Shown: piece by piece, positions 49,246 to 63,192 of the stretch
How positions within the stretch are numbered: position 1 is the first letter of the stretch
Layout of the letters: every line of letters begins with the position of its first letter
NCBI GenBank assembly: GCA_965644295.1
Contig: CBFFRP010000360.1
Coordinates: 1 to 64,000, forward strand
Source of the DNA: Paraphysomonas bandaiensis
Taxonomy: Eukaryota > Protista > Chrysophyceae
Length of the DNA: 64,000 nucleotides
Reading direction: 5' to 3'
Notes under the pieces: generated by a model
Told to the model about the DNA's origin: nothing
Seen by the model: the letters and a program-made list of their open reading frames with translations, nothing else
The model's database searches: none
Position numbers and translations under genes: made by a program

Positions 49246-50609
49246 TTCATACTTGTGAACTGTATGTAATATATATGTGTAGTCGGTGACTTTTATTGCT
49301 GTAAAACTGAAGTAATATGGAAGAAATTAGTAAAAAATATTATAAATAATACTCTTCACACTGTTATTAACTTCATAGTTACTTATAGTGCATAGTTATA
49401 CCCTTTTCCGACCATCACCAAAAATTTCACCAGGTTTTACATCAAAACCCAGGTTTTGGTATTACCTCGACTTCTTGCTTAGTAGGTTTTCATCCGAGCG
49501 GGGAAGGTGCACGGTTACCTACTAGTGTAAGTCACTCGGGAGAAGAGTGCAAGGAGGATGCATACGCTGAACGAGTGCACACAATGGAGGGAAGACATTG
49601 GAGTCAGCTTGAATTTGTAACAGATTTTGGTAGATGTCTGTTTCATGCGTCAGTGTGCAAAATTGCACCAGTGAGACCGCTTCGTGACCGTGGGAGGACC
49701 CGGCGCTATAGAGCTACTTTATTCTCCCTTCCAGACTACCTGCTGCTGTGAACACCACCTTGAAGAGGGCCCTAAAGATCTGCCGCATATACAGGAGACA
49801 TATGCCGAAGACACCGACCGCAAGTTGTTTGTGTTAGGACAAATAGATTGGGCAGGAGCGTATGATCCGGCTTAAACACGCAACACGTCGTATGCCCATG
49901 TAGCTAAAACTAAATCGTGTTGTATAGTTGAGAACTTGTCGGTGCATGCAATAGTAACTAGATGAGAGTCATGTTATGCATAGTGTCGCGCGAGTTGTTA
50001 GGTTGGTCGCGGCAACGCACAAGCTTGCGCTTCTTAATAATCAGATTTTCAATTCATTGAGATCTTCTACATCAGATGAAGGGTGGAATGAAACTTAGGG
50101 TGTTTGATGATCTTTTATCGGAAGTTGAGTCATCATTGTCGTTTTCCTATTATCTATAATTGTGTAAAAGTCACTTGCAATTGGCAATTCAATTAATTGG
50201 GACAACAAGTTATAACTGCAATTATAGTTACTTGATTACAAGCACAATATGCATCAATTACTTGAAACATAATTGTTACAGTTACGCAGTCTTGCATCAA
50301 TGTCATAATTAGGAATGAAGATAGGGATATAGGAGCTGTACGTGTAGGTGTGTAGTATTGTATGCACCAAGTTTGTAACTCAATGAAGAAATAATAAAGA
50401 AAAAAAATATTACACGACTTGCAATATCTATCAAGTACATAATGCACGTATAAACGTCAGTGACATCAAAGCATAATCCACACATACCCCCTGAATACAT
50501 AGGGTAAAACTATACTTCATATGGGCACTAAAACCATAGCAACGTATATTTACTGGCATAATATATATGACTCTAACTAATATCATTTGGTCTAGATGCT
50601 TAGTCAGAT

Positions 50610-52826
50610 TCACTTCTTTGCCCATAATCTCATAACTTCACTCAATCGATCAATTTGTAATGGCTTGGTCAAAAAATCATCCATGCCACTGGACATACAG
50701 TCATCCTTGTCGTTTGCAGCAGCATTTGCTGTGAGGGCAACTATCGCGGTTCGAGGGGTGCCTAAATCAGGTGTCATAAAAATGCAACCAAAATCGTGAT
50801 CAAACTACCTCGACAGAGTTCCATATTGCGAATCATTTTCGTTGCAGACAATCCATCCATAACAGGCATCAAGCAGTCCATCAATATAATATCAAACATC
50901 ACATTTTCATCCATGTACCGTTGCACTACATTGACTGCGTCTTGTCCATTCTCCGATATCTCAATGTGCTGAAACTCCAACCGCTTCAACATATGGGAAA
51001 GAACTTTTTGGTTAACCTTATTATCTTCAACAATAAGTACTCGACAATGCTTTCGCCACTCTTTCTCATTCACCACGGCGTCCTGTGTATCACTGACAGC
51101 GTTCAATGAGGACGATGCGGGCAAACGGCTAAAAGGGATTGTGGACCATATCGTAGTCCCGCCACCTAATTCAGAACGAATGTCGATCTATAACACAACA
51201 AATACAATATCATATAAACCGTAGCGTCCTTAATAGAAGTACCTTCCCACCCATCAACTGCGTTAGGTTTTTTGCGATACTCAATCCAAGACCGGTTCCA
51301 CCGTACTCAGCACCTGTACACCGAGTGGCCTGAACAAATGGGGAAAAAAGCTTTGATACGTCCTTGATACCAATTCCCTCATCAGTAACTTGTACCCTAA
51401 CTTCATCAACTTGATTACTCTGCGAAACTCTAGCTCCCGGAGGCAATGGTGTCACAGTTAAACTAACAGTCACTGTACCCTCACTCGTGAACTTAATTGC
51501 ATTGCTAAGAAAGTTCAAAACAATCTGCTTGAACCTGTTGGGGTCGCCCATGTAAAGTGCATCCTCCAGGCCGTTCGGAATATTCATCACGATGTTAACA
51601 GTTATATCTTTCTTTGCAGCTTCATATGATAAGGTCTTGACACATTCTCTAACAGCCTAGTATGTATTTCCTTAGATAATCTACTATTAAAAGATGAAAG
51701 CAATACCTTGCTCGCCGAAAAAGGAATACAATTAAAATCAATTTTTCCCGCTTCCATCTTTGTGTGATCGAGGATATCCCCAAGCAGGGAACAAAGAAAA
51801 GAACTTGACGACTCAATTATATTCACAAACTCAGACTGTTCCGGTGAAAGTTGTGTACCCTGAAGAAGTATCGCCATGCCCAGTACTCCGTTAAGGGGTG
51901 TACGTATATCGTGGCTCATACGAGCAAGGAAAGTAGTTTTCATTTCCATCGCCTGGTGAAGCGCCTGTAGCTCTGCCTCTTGCTTGAGCTGCTGCGCTTC
52001 ATATACGTCGGTCACGTCCCTAGTGAAGCATCGGGTATTAATGAACTGCCCATTGCTGTCAAAGTTCGCGCTACTGTCGATCACCACGTGGCGGATTGAA
52101 CCATCCTTATGTCTCAAGCGGGCACGATATTCCTTAAGAGTTTGCCGACTGCCAAGTCGATTGAGAATGTCAGCAATAACATCAGCATCAGCATGGTAAT
52201 CTACCACATTCGATCCTATACAAAATAATATGGCCAGTTCAGGGAAAATAATTCACAACAACATAATAAATACCGATGTACTTATCAGCATCATAGCCGC
52301 ATATAGCCATATCTGCTCTGTTGGCCCACGCAATAATGCCATCACCACGTACCCAATGAATACCGACAGATGCGTTTTCAACGAAATCTGTCAGCACATC
52401 AGACGACAGGTCATGAACCGCTGCCGATGGGGTGAGTGGTTTCGGAGAATCACTCTTGTATCGTTTCACTATTCTTTCGAGCATAACTGTATGTCCACTT
52501 GGAAGTACTTTACAACTCAATACTTCCATTTGTATATCATAACCATCTTTGTCCACTCGGAAATAACAGCATCCAGTCTCATATGTCGAGTAGTTCTTGG
52601 AGCCAATCAGAGACGAGGATGAGCATCCCAGTATGTTCTCAATGATGGGGGATATATAGGCGACATTATCAGATGGATCAAGAATCGTTACAATGATATT
52701 CCCCTCTGGATCATTAAAGGCACTTAATAAGTCTGTGACAGATAGATTGAGCAGACCAGACGGCACCTTCTCAACTGCCTTATCGATGAAGGGGCATCGA
52801 AGCACTGTAGGTGAACACTGATTCAT
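50610..52826 (-). CDS. Hybrid sensor histidine kinase: PAS-HisKA-HATPase-receiver; multi-exon
   Basis: PAS ..TRCFTRDVTD; H-box FLARMSHDIRTPLNG; N-box QIVLNFLSNAIKFT; G1 DEGIGI; G2 GGTGLGL; receiver VEDNKVNQ, ILMDCLMPVMDG, ALTANA, FLTKP. Confidence 0.95.
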
Positions 52827-53706
52827 CGTTCACTTCGATAGACTTCTTGTAGAGATCAATCGAGAAGTGTATCAGTCACTGTCGTCTTCTTATTCTCTGC
52901 CCTCTAGTGTACATATATATATGTATATATACAGCAGTATGTGGAGGTCCAGAGAGGCTATAGAGATCTACAGACACTCTCTGTGTATGGGTGTGTATGC
53001 GTGTGGGGGGTTTCCTGTACACTTCATGAGGACGTGGCATTCCCTAATAATCACTTTATTACGTCATTCTATAACCTTATTATCCAATAATATATCCTCA
53101 AATATTATTACAGATAATCTATTGGATATAACTGTTTGAGAAAATCTTCGATATATAGAAGTATTACACGTATTATTGAGGGAATACGGGGAACATACTT
53201 CGTACACATTCAAGTTCAATGCTAGAGAATACGTGAAATACCGTTCACTGTATTGTCCGCCATAATTGGGACATAGAGAGTCATCATCAGCAGTTCACTC
53301 ATCTGATAATTGAAATTTAAAACTTCAAATGTACAGCCTCCACCATACCATACACATACACACACACATACAGCAGTACATCCACATACATACATATATA
53401 GACGGTACTCCCGAGTCTCAAATGAGTGGATTGTTCAGCGTATATGCATGTATTCAGGCGTATATATGGAACTGTGCGTAGAGGTTCAGTAAGATGAGAG
53501 GCGTGGAATATTATCCTCCCATCTGCATATGTACACATACATGTACGACTAGGTGCGTGTTATCATACCAGTGTGAATGAGAATCAGCGGAGATATCGCC
53601 CCTGCACTGGATACACGTATGGATATGGAGAATAGCGATGAACAGACCTGCGTATCGACTGATCATATCAATAGAGCGTAAGTGCGTGTTATGAGCTATA
53701 AAGAGT

Positions 53707-56700
53707 ATGATCGATAGCGTGTATAGATTATTCAATAGCCCTCTAAAGAGCACTGAAGGCAATGAAGCAGCAGAGGGGTCTGTACCGCCTCAATCACTGA
53801 GAGATAATACTATAACTGAGGGTGGTGAGGCCGTTAACCCCAATAATAGTGAGACATCAGAGAGTACTCAGAGTACAGGTACTGTCAATGGTCCAAAAAA
53901 GTCGAAACGAATGTAAGTGTATGGAGAGATTTGTTATATTTGAAAGTAATGTTGTATGTTGCAAGCCGTACTCCCAGTGCCAAGAAAGAGGAGGCAACTC
54001 GAAATGCTTTAGAAATGCTCGGGATGAGTACATCGAAACGAAACATGGATACTGCCAATAGGAAGAAGTCTGCGGCACAGGAAGCTGCCAAGAAACGTCG
54101 AGTGTCTCAATTAGAGACGACCATTAAGCAACTTGAGGAAAAGGTAAGTCTCTCTCGAACTAAATGTAGACAGTTGACAAGTGTCGTAGGAGAAAGTAGA
54201 GCGTGAATCTCTTGCCAAGTTGAAGAGACAAAAAGTGAAATATGACCGCCAAATAGTAGTTCTGGAGAAAGTGAAGTTTCCTGTTGCTGATGAAACTATT
54301 GAGGTGGTCGATAAGAAAGGTGGAGCACCAACTCCTCTTCCTATACCGGTGATGCGACTAGAACTACCTGATGACCAAGTAACGGATGTACTTTTTGTAT
54401 GGGACTTCCTTAATGCTTTCAAGTAATAAATAGTCGATGGTTTTATGTCATACTAATAGAACTCTAACAGTAAGGAACTTAATCTGAAGTCTATTACCAT
54501 CGATGATTTTGTGGATCTACTTCACTATACCGGTGGCGAGTCAGTGGCACTGACTGAGGTTTTCTGCACTCTCCTCCGTCTAGTTTTACGTGATCATTCT
54601 CTCTCTGTGCGAGTGAGCAACGAGGTGCCTCCACACCTCAACTTTGCAAGTCGGGATGGTGAGGAGGATGCCCTGGAAGATATGAGCGAAAGTGCCTGCA
54701 TTGAGCGTTACCGGGATTGGGAATACAATGGATTGAAACTTCTCCCGCGGCGCATTCGACCAGAAGTCGTCGATGGTCTCAGATGGCAAAGTGTGGCACG
54801 AGCAATCATACCTCGTTTACCGTCGTACACCACTCTGTTGAGAGCAACTGACTCTTCACTTGACATGCTTATGGGTTCAGAGCAACGGGAAGGTGTTGAT
54901 AAGGACGGCTATAAAGTTGCCAATAGAGACTGGGTCAATACTATCACATATGATTGTAAGGGCGATGTTGAGGTGAGTACATAGCGGTAAAGTGTGGGGA
55001 ACATGTTTTCATTGCTGATATTGATAGAGAATATCCACGGCGCTCAAAACCATAGAGAGCACTGAGCTGTACAATCTTCCAGCTGAACAAAAGCTGTCGC
55101 TGTTGAAAGTGCTCTGCTACGCGTGCTACGACACTAGCCATGTGCGGCATCTGCTCTCCAAAAATGTGGAGGAGCGCTTGAACCGCATTGCTGCTATGAA
55201 CAATGCTCAAAAAACCCAGAAAAAGAAAGCACAGCAAGAATCTGCAGCCCTGAAACAAGAGGCTATCGAGGAGTGTCGTCGGATCAATCAAGCTGCCAAA
55301 GAGGCCGGTACCGTGAAGGGAACGAAGAAAAACTCCAAAGCGTCGGAACAGGGTGACAAACCCACCAAAGCAGGAAAAGCTGCCAAAAATCCTTACGATC
55401 CCACCCCAGCCCAATTGAATGCTATGTTAGAGGATATGATACTGAAGGACGCCATTGGGGTAGACGTTGTTCTTGAAGAACCTCCAAGTGTGGAAGAAGA
55501 TTCAGATGTCATGTCAGAGAGTACAGGTCGATCTCGAATGCTATCTTCTACTCGTGTAGGCGCCGCGGAGCAGGAACGTCGACGTAAAGAGCGTGAGCAA
55601 GAGAAACAGATGCGAGAGGATGCGGCGATATATCTCGAGCAAGCACTTGAAAGTGGTCGCGACCGTGATATCCGGGAGTCGCTTAAGTATTCCAGACAGG
55701 CTGGTCTAGAGGGTGAGCTCCCTGACGGCCGCGTCTACTGCACGACTACAATGTTTAAGGTCTATTTCTGACTCTTTGTGAAGTGTATTGATATGTTGGA
55801 GTGTAGGTTTATAAATTGCGTGCGAGCATGGAGCAAGCTAGTAAAGATGCCAGAGCAGCAGCAGAGCATGAGAAGGCTCTCGTTGAGTATTTTGTACGCA
55901 CCGAACCGATCGGCTATGATCGTTACAACAGAGCTTACTGGTGTTTTGATGGTGACACAAGGGTATTCGTTCAAACAATGCTGGGCCCCGATAGCTTACC
56001 GTCTAATGAAAAGAAAGAAGATGATGATCCCTATTTGTCGCTCATGAGAAAAAAACCGAGTTTGAAGAAATGTTCCTGGCGGATGTACGGGTCTATGTCA
56101 GAAATATGGGCTCTAATAGATGCATTGGACGAGCGTGGGATAAGGGAGCGTGCTCTCAAGTCTAAATTGCGAGCACAGTTCGGTTTAAGTGAAAACTCAG
56201 CCCAAGGCGTGACCTACAAGACTTCTGGTAGTGAGTTTATTGGTAAGAAGGTTCAACGGACATTTGGCAAGGTACGTTGGAGAGGAACATAATATGTGCG
56301 GTGGTACTATATTTGTATATTGTGCGTGGTATTGTTTGTGTATGTAAGAAATAAAGCCCTTGTGGAAATATGGACCATTTGTGTGACAAGTATATCTCCA
56401 GTAGCCAATATGCCCTACTTTATTATTGTATGGAGGCGAATTTTGCTGCTACTTTAACATTATATCTGTCTTGTCTTGCAGCGTGTTGTGTATGGAACTA
56501 TAGTGGGCTGGCTTCCCCCTGAAGGCGAAGACGAAGCACTTTGGCATGTTATTCATGACGATGGCGACGAAGAAGACTTGGATGAAAATGAGGTGAATAA
56601 ATTCCTCCATGATGTTCCACCCAAGCCAAAGCGGAAATATAGAGAACGCTCGGAAGACAGTAAAAGTAAATCTGGCGTCAAAGCTACCGCAAAAAGAGAT

Positions 56701-57993
56701 GTGGAGGAAGAACAGAGTGCTATGGAGGTTGATGGTGAAAGTGAAGAGGCCGAGTGGAGTGGCGATGACGATGATGATACTCCTCCGGATATTGTTACCG
56801 ATTATCACAACAACGTTATCGGTGGGCTGGGGGTGCGCGAGAACCAAATTGGACTCCACGGGCTTAAACTCGAGCTCTCTCGCAAGCACGACATGCTGAT
56901 TGACGGTTTAAAGAGTCGGGGCAGTGGATATCCAAGAGAGGGGAAGCGAGTATGGGAGAATTGTCTGCGGACTGCGGAGGATTTGTCGACTGTGCGTAGT
57001 GCTTTGGTGGAACTGGAGACGGTAGTGCACGACACACAGGAAGTTCCTGACGAAGTAGATGAAAAAGACACAAAAGATAAGCGAGACTTAATGATGAAAG
57101 ATGGGTGGGTGTTTAATATTGAAGCGGAAGGGACCGCTTTACTAGACGACCTTCGAGCTAAAGCAAAGAAAGCCGACGAAGTAGCCGCAATGGCCATGGA
57201 TTTTACGTTAGAGGAGTCCGAGCCTACTAATCGTCGTGGTAAAGGGGATAAAAGTATGAACAAAAAAGGAACGACTAAAACCGCCAAGGAGGAAGCAGCG
57301 GACTGTGCAGTTGAAGTAGAAAAAGTTTTAGAACACCTAAGAGTCATCGGTCGGCGAGCTAGGACCTTCTTCGAGGGGCATGGAGCTAGTGATGGAACAA
57401 TTGTGGCGTATCTTCCGGGAAGTGTTAACGACGGCATTCCTCTGTGGCATATGGAACACGATGATGGAGATAATGAGGATTTGGATAGCAAAGATCTCAC
57501 ACGAGTGCTGCGTAACTACGATACAGATGCCCAGAACGAGGAAGGGATTGATGATGAGGATGAAGACGAGGACGAGGCCAGTGATAGCGAGGAAGAAGAA
57601 AGCGAGGAAGAAGAAGAGGATGATGAAGACAGAGAGGAGTCTAAAGTTCTCTGGCCATCATTGAATGTACGAACCCGTTGGCTGCAGGCCTTGCATGCGA
57701 GCCAGACTATATCTGAGGTGGCATTGGCGCTATCATCGTTCATGGAGCATGCTAAAGCCTACGGTGTGGTCGGGCCTGATCCTCTGGGATCTCTTGGTCC
57801 GAGGGCGAGAAGTATGTGGAACAGCTCACGTGACAATGGAAAATCTCCGGGACGAAGTACAATGCATGGCCATGGGTCTAGTAGAAAGCGAAGGTCGTCT
57901 GTGGGGAGACGGAGCAGTGCCAAAGCATCCGAAGGGAGCCGACGTATGCAGAGAGACAGAGCCGCAAGAAAGCGGTTGTCTTACGCGGAATAG
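53707..57993 (+). CDS. DDT/WHIM/WSD-type chromatin protein (ISWI-partner-like) with two Tudor-like domains; multi-exon
   Basis: DDT DVLFVWDFLNAF-KELNL..ITIDDF; WHIM1 EQKLSLLKVLC; WSD RTEPIGYDRYNRAYWCF...LIDALDERGIRERALK; Tudor-like GTIV..LP...LWH..HDDGD.EDLD twice. Confidence 0.85.
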
Positions 57994-58834
57994 ATTTAAG
58001 AAATATTGTCCGTAGATGATTGCATTAGCCTCTTCCATGTGTGTATGGTCAGTCGTTGCGCGTGCTAGAAATTACTTCTATATACTTGTTTGCTACCTTT
58101 ATCAACAAAGTATTACCTTCAGATTTGTAAACTCATGCGCACAATGTATCTCTCATATTTATAATAATTTTGACAGTTTTATATGGGGCCGTGTCTGTTT
58201 TGTTGAGGTAATGTGACGAATTTTACAAGTAAAGCAATGTCTGTTGCATTGCCCACTATTGTAGATCTATACGTAAAATTGTGTATATTGTATATAGCTC
58301 TATGTAATAAGATTCGCAGACAAGAAGCTAAGTTGTAATTATTAGCAGTAGAATTAACTTGTTTAACAGAAAATATCTGTAATAATAAGGACTTGTGTTC
58401 GAATCAGTGCGTTCCAGCAGGGCTGCGTAACAGTTAATTGCGGTTCCAGAAATCAAGATAGAACGATAGAACTATGCTCTATATGAAACTAACCTACGTA
58501 AAATGGTTTAACTCAATTAACCGAGCAACACGTACACTCAATAATTAATTATCTAATCCAGTAGGTAGGTAAGAGCTTTACTAAGTGCCATAACAGATTC
58601 TCAAAATGCTATAAATTGAAACAATATTAAATCGGTGAATGTAGATATTCTAAAGCCTGTTGATGATACTATATTCTATATTTGTCTTAACTTAATTGTT
58701 TTATTCCAAAAATCTATGACAAAAATTCGCCACAAAATGTACCCGTAAATAGCTTCAAGCTTTAAGAGTTTGCTACACTAACCATGTCAATTTCGTTCGA
58801 CTCAATACACAAAATCACTTGAAAATCCACACCT

Positions 58835-61233
58835 TCAGTAATCACTTGAAAAATGGCCGATATCTAGACCCATAACATGGTCTACTGGGGCTACCATGGA
58901 CACTTTTAAGTGCTCAGTTCTTGGAAGAATATTACTAAAAACAAACTTGGATACCTGATACAAAAATAATTCAACATACAACGACATGTGGATAGTACCA
59001 AAATTTTAGATTCATAAAACGACCTAGAAGTTGAAGGCAAGTCATTTCTTAATAATGCTGCGGTGGCAACAGCCTCCATTTCAAGCCATTGTTGTGCAAG
59101 CGTTATGTATCCCGCATACATGAGGTAATCTACAGAAGAAGCTCCCAGGGAATTGGGGTCACTGCGCACGGCATGAGACACTCTCCTGGTGACTTCTGCC
59201 CACTCTTCCGCTTTTCTACCAAGTATATCGCTATGGTTTCTCACCGATCCACTGCATCCAGCAATACTCAGCTCTCGAGCGGAGGCCCGTATACTGTTAC
59301 AATGTGCGTCGATGGCTTCAAAATTTTTCAATCCTTTACCAAATACCTTGCGCCGGAGAAAATCAAGAGCCTATATGAGCTTATAATTGACGAAATTTTG
59401 CTTTTCATATTTTAATACCTGAATACCAGTGGTTCCTTCCCATATCGCAGAGATTCGTACATCTCGAAGTATTTGTTCCTGTTTATTTCCACGGATATAT
59501 CCATGTCCACCATATATTTGTATTCCTATATTGGCAGCTTCGATACCTCTTTCTGTAAGGAATCCTTTCAGTATCGGTGTTAGAAATCCTAATTCTGCAT
59601 CATACTTCGTCATAGAGTCAACTTCTCCGCGATCTAAGGCGCAAATCATCTACACTGTGTTAGCTATGGCTACTTGTTTATTCAAAATACCTTATCTCCA
59701 ATGAGCGCACAGGAGTAAATCATAGCCCGACCACCTTCAGAAAAGGCCTTTTGAGTTAGAAGCATTTTTCTTATATCGGGATGCACTATCAACATGTCAG
59801 CCTCGTGGTCAGGACTCTTCACACCAGTGGCTGACCTGACATAAGATATTACTTTTAATCCACTCTTGAAACACATACCTGAAGGCTCTCCTTGACTTTG
59901 AGTAGTCCAAAGCATTCTGATAAGATTTTTCTGCGGCATTCACTCCCTGCATGGCGGACCCAATGCGAGCTGTGTTCATGAATGTGAACATATTGGCCAT
60001 CCCGCTGTGTTCCGTTCCCACAAGATACCCTCGTGCATTCTCAAATATAACTTCACAAGTCGGAGTTCCATGATACCCCATTTTATCCTTGTTTACAACG
60101 TTAAAACGGTAATAAATAACGCAATAAGTACTAAAACCTCTAATCTGCTGATACTAACTCCATTTACGGTGCTACTCATTTGTCCATTGTATTTCACATC
60201 AAATTTGGGAACTACGAAAAGAGAAAGACCCTTTGTTCCAGAGGGCCCCCCTGGTATTCGGGCAAGTACTAGATGTACAATGTTATCAGTGAGGTCATGT
60301 TCAGCGCAGGATATAAAAATCTTTGTTCCATTGATACTGTAACATCCATCCTCCTGAAGATCAGCCCGAGTACGAACCTACAAATACTCCAATGGGATTG
60401 ATTAAAGCTTTGCGAACAGCCTTACCTGGTTCAGGTCAGAGCCACACTGGCTTTCCGTAAGACACATTGTTCCAGTCCATGCTCCGCTAATTAGATTGGG
60501 TAAAAATAACTCTTGCACACTCTCAGATGCGTGTGTCAGCAATGTTCGCGCCGCTCCTTTCGATAACGACTATGATATAACAATCTGTCACTACATGCAA
60601 ATACTTTACAATTCGAGACGTACAGTGTAAGATGTCCACGGCTGGCATGCAGTTCCAAGTAACTCCGCTTGCAATAACGACAATGAATTAGGAAGACCTT
60701 GACCGCCATATATAGTAGGAAAACTCAGTCCAACCCAACCACCTTCCACGTATTTCTTGTAGGCCTCTTTGAATCCAGTGGGAGTTTTCACCTCATTGGG
60801 TCCAACATAAGTGCACCCTATTTAAATATGTAGAAGGTTTAAACAATGGTTAGAGTGACAGTATTACGTAAGCATACTACAAGAGACAGAGTGCTATTAA
60901 CACCACTGAGAGTGTGTCTGTTCTTATGTATGGCACATCTCGTTAACATCATGTCGTCTATGACTCATATATAGTGCAGTAAGACTCACCCTCCTGATCG
61001 GCTACAGCACTTAGAGGGGCAATCTCATGCTCTGCAAACCTTGCCGACTCCTGAATGACGGCAGAGATGATGTCGGGGCCGCATGTGGTGGGAGTGTAGC
61101 CCAGTAGACTGCAGTGGCGGGGATACTGCAACACCTCATCTAGAAGGAATGATATGTCCGATACAGGAGCAGTGTAGGCCCGGGAGATACATGAACGGAA
61201 AGGAAGGCGGGTGCCTAGAGATCGCCGGAGCAT
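58835..61233 (-). CDS. Acyl-CoA dehydrogenase, long bacterial-type (DmdC/FadE5-like) with mitochondrial presequence; multi-exon
   Basis: [86 protein letters not shown]. Confidence 0.92.
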
Positions 61234-61268
61234 GTTGATAATATATCTATAGACTATATGAAGATACC

Positions 61269-61766
61269 CATACATACATACATACATACATACATACATA
61301 CATACATACATACATACATACATACATACATACATACATACATACATACATACATACATACATACATACATACATACATACATACATACATACATACATA
61401 CATACATACATACATACATACATACATACATACATACATACATACATACATACATACATACATACATACATACATACATACATACATACATACATACATA
61501 CATACATACATACATACATACATACATACATACATACATACATACATACATACATACATACATACATACATACATACATACATACATACATACATACATA
61601 CATACATACATACATACATACATACATACATACATACATACATACATACATACATACATACATACATACATACATACATACATACATACATACATACATA
61701 CATACATACATACATACATACATACATACATACATACATACATACATACATACATACATACATACA
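61269..61766. repeat. Perfect (CATA)n microsatellite, ~498 bp
   Basis: Directly visible; lies between divergent start codons at 61233 and 61804. Confidence 0.98.
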
Positions 61767-61803
61767 GCTTCAACTTTGTAGTGGCACTGTGAGTATAAGT
61801 ATC

Positions 61804-62737
61804 ATGTCTGAGTTTATTGAAGATCCGAATGAACCCTCAGAGGAGTTGAATAAGATGACAGAGCCTCTTCCAGATGAGATCGCGTCTATGTTTGATTTAA
61901 AGCAGAAGAAAAAGAAGAAGAAGAAGAAGGTGTTACATGTATATGTACACTATCGTATGATCTTATGAGGGTATCTTTAGGCTGTCACTGAAGAAGTCAC
62001 TCAACAGGAGAGTTCATGTATAGTTAAAGATGTCACTGTTGCGGATATGTCGCAGGAGTTTGTGCTGGACCCACCGACTTATAGCTACAGCGAGCTGCTT
62101 CAGAGAGCCGTAGATTTGTTGCATCAGCATAATCCAGAATACTCTGAGAAGAGAAGACACACAATGAAGCCTCCGCAGCTCATGAGAGGTTTTATCTTCA
62201 TATTCTGTTATCCATGTCTGAGGCTTCTGTGCAGTGGGAACCAAGAAAACTTTATGGGTTAACTTTCAGGAGATATGCAAAATGATGAAAAGGAGTCCTG
62301 ACCATGTCTTCCAGTTTATGATGGCAGAACTTGGCACCGAAGGATCTATAGATGGCAACGAACGCTTAGTCATTCGTGGAAAGTTCGTGCCGAAAGTGAG
62401 ACCATATTGCTGTACAGTTTAAGCCCTTAATAGATTGCGTAGTATATCGAGAGCCTTTTGAGGAAATACATTATAGAGTATGTTACATGCCAAATGTGCC
62501 GCAGCTTCAACACTTCGCTCACTCGTGATAGCGTCTCGCGGCTGTTCTTTGTTCACTGTCAGGTATATTGTTTGTTAGTATGTTATCGTGCTATATTACT
62601 ACAAGTACCTATCATTTACGCACTAACCTATACATTTGCTCTGTATATAGGAATGTGGATCTTCCCGCTCGGTGGCTCCTATTCGTGCTGGGTATCATGC
62701 CCAGACACGTGCCGATCGCCGAGCTCTTCGTAAATAG
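61804..62737 (+). CDS. EIF2S2: Translation initiation factor eIF2 beta subunit; multi-exon
   Basis: Poly-Lys box; [45 protein letters not shown]...HCQ-ECGS zinc finger. Confidence 0.96.
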
Positions 62738-63192
62738 TTTTTAAATATCGATGCCTTGTGCTAGCGCGATATCTTATTGTAGCATTTGTCTTCCCTTTCT
62801 ATATTGGGATTGACATGCCATCATGGTTGTAGTAGTAGTCAAGAACCAAATTCTGGAAGCTGTTGGTTATTTATAAGCATGAATTTTTCTGAGCGGGAAG
62901 TTGTATATTGTCATGTCATTGCCGTGCTGGCCTGCCGTAAATTTTGTGTTAATGTATTGTTTGTTAACGTACTACTCATGATTAGCTTCCTTCTATATAT
63001 TATAGGCTTTTATATTAGTGATACAAGACATAATAAAACTGGAGAATATTATTATGACATGATTCATTAGAACGTTTCTCCCTTCTACATGATCACAGGC
63101 AATACGATGCCCGATATATCGATCATAAATACGCACCCAAGCAATTATCGACATTAACATTAAAACTGAATTCAAATACAGCACGTCGCGCA

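Larger units (their letters stand above)
46347..49473. mobile_element. Non-autonomous TIR element with cargo, superfamily unassigned
   Basis: Perfect 25-bp TIR AAGTCGAGGTAATACCAAAACCTGG; 3-bp flanking repeat CTT (46344-46346, 49474-49476); subterminal AATTTCACCAGGTTT at both ends. Confidence 0.85.

Noticed and set aside
46130-49900. Host gene interrupted by the TIR element
   Set aside because: Splice-like signals flank the insertion, but the adjacent frames contain stops and no recognisable protein; not reported as a feature.
61247-61968. ORFs of MYVC/HTYI repeats (also 33381-33785)
   Set aside because: Translations of the (TACA)n microsatellite, which has no stop codons; the real genes start at 61233 and 61804.
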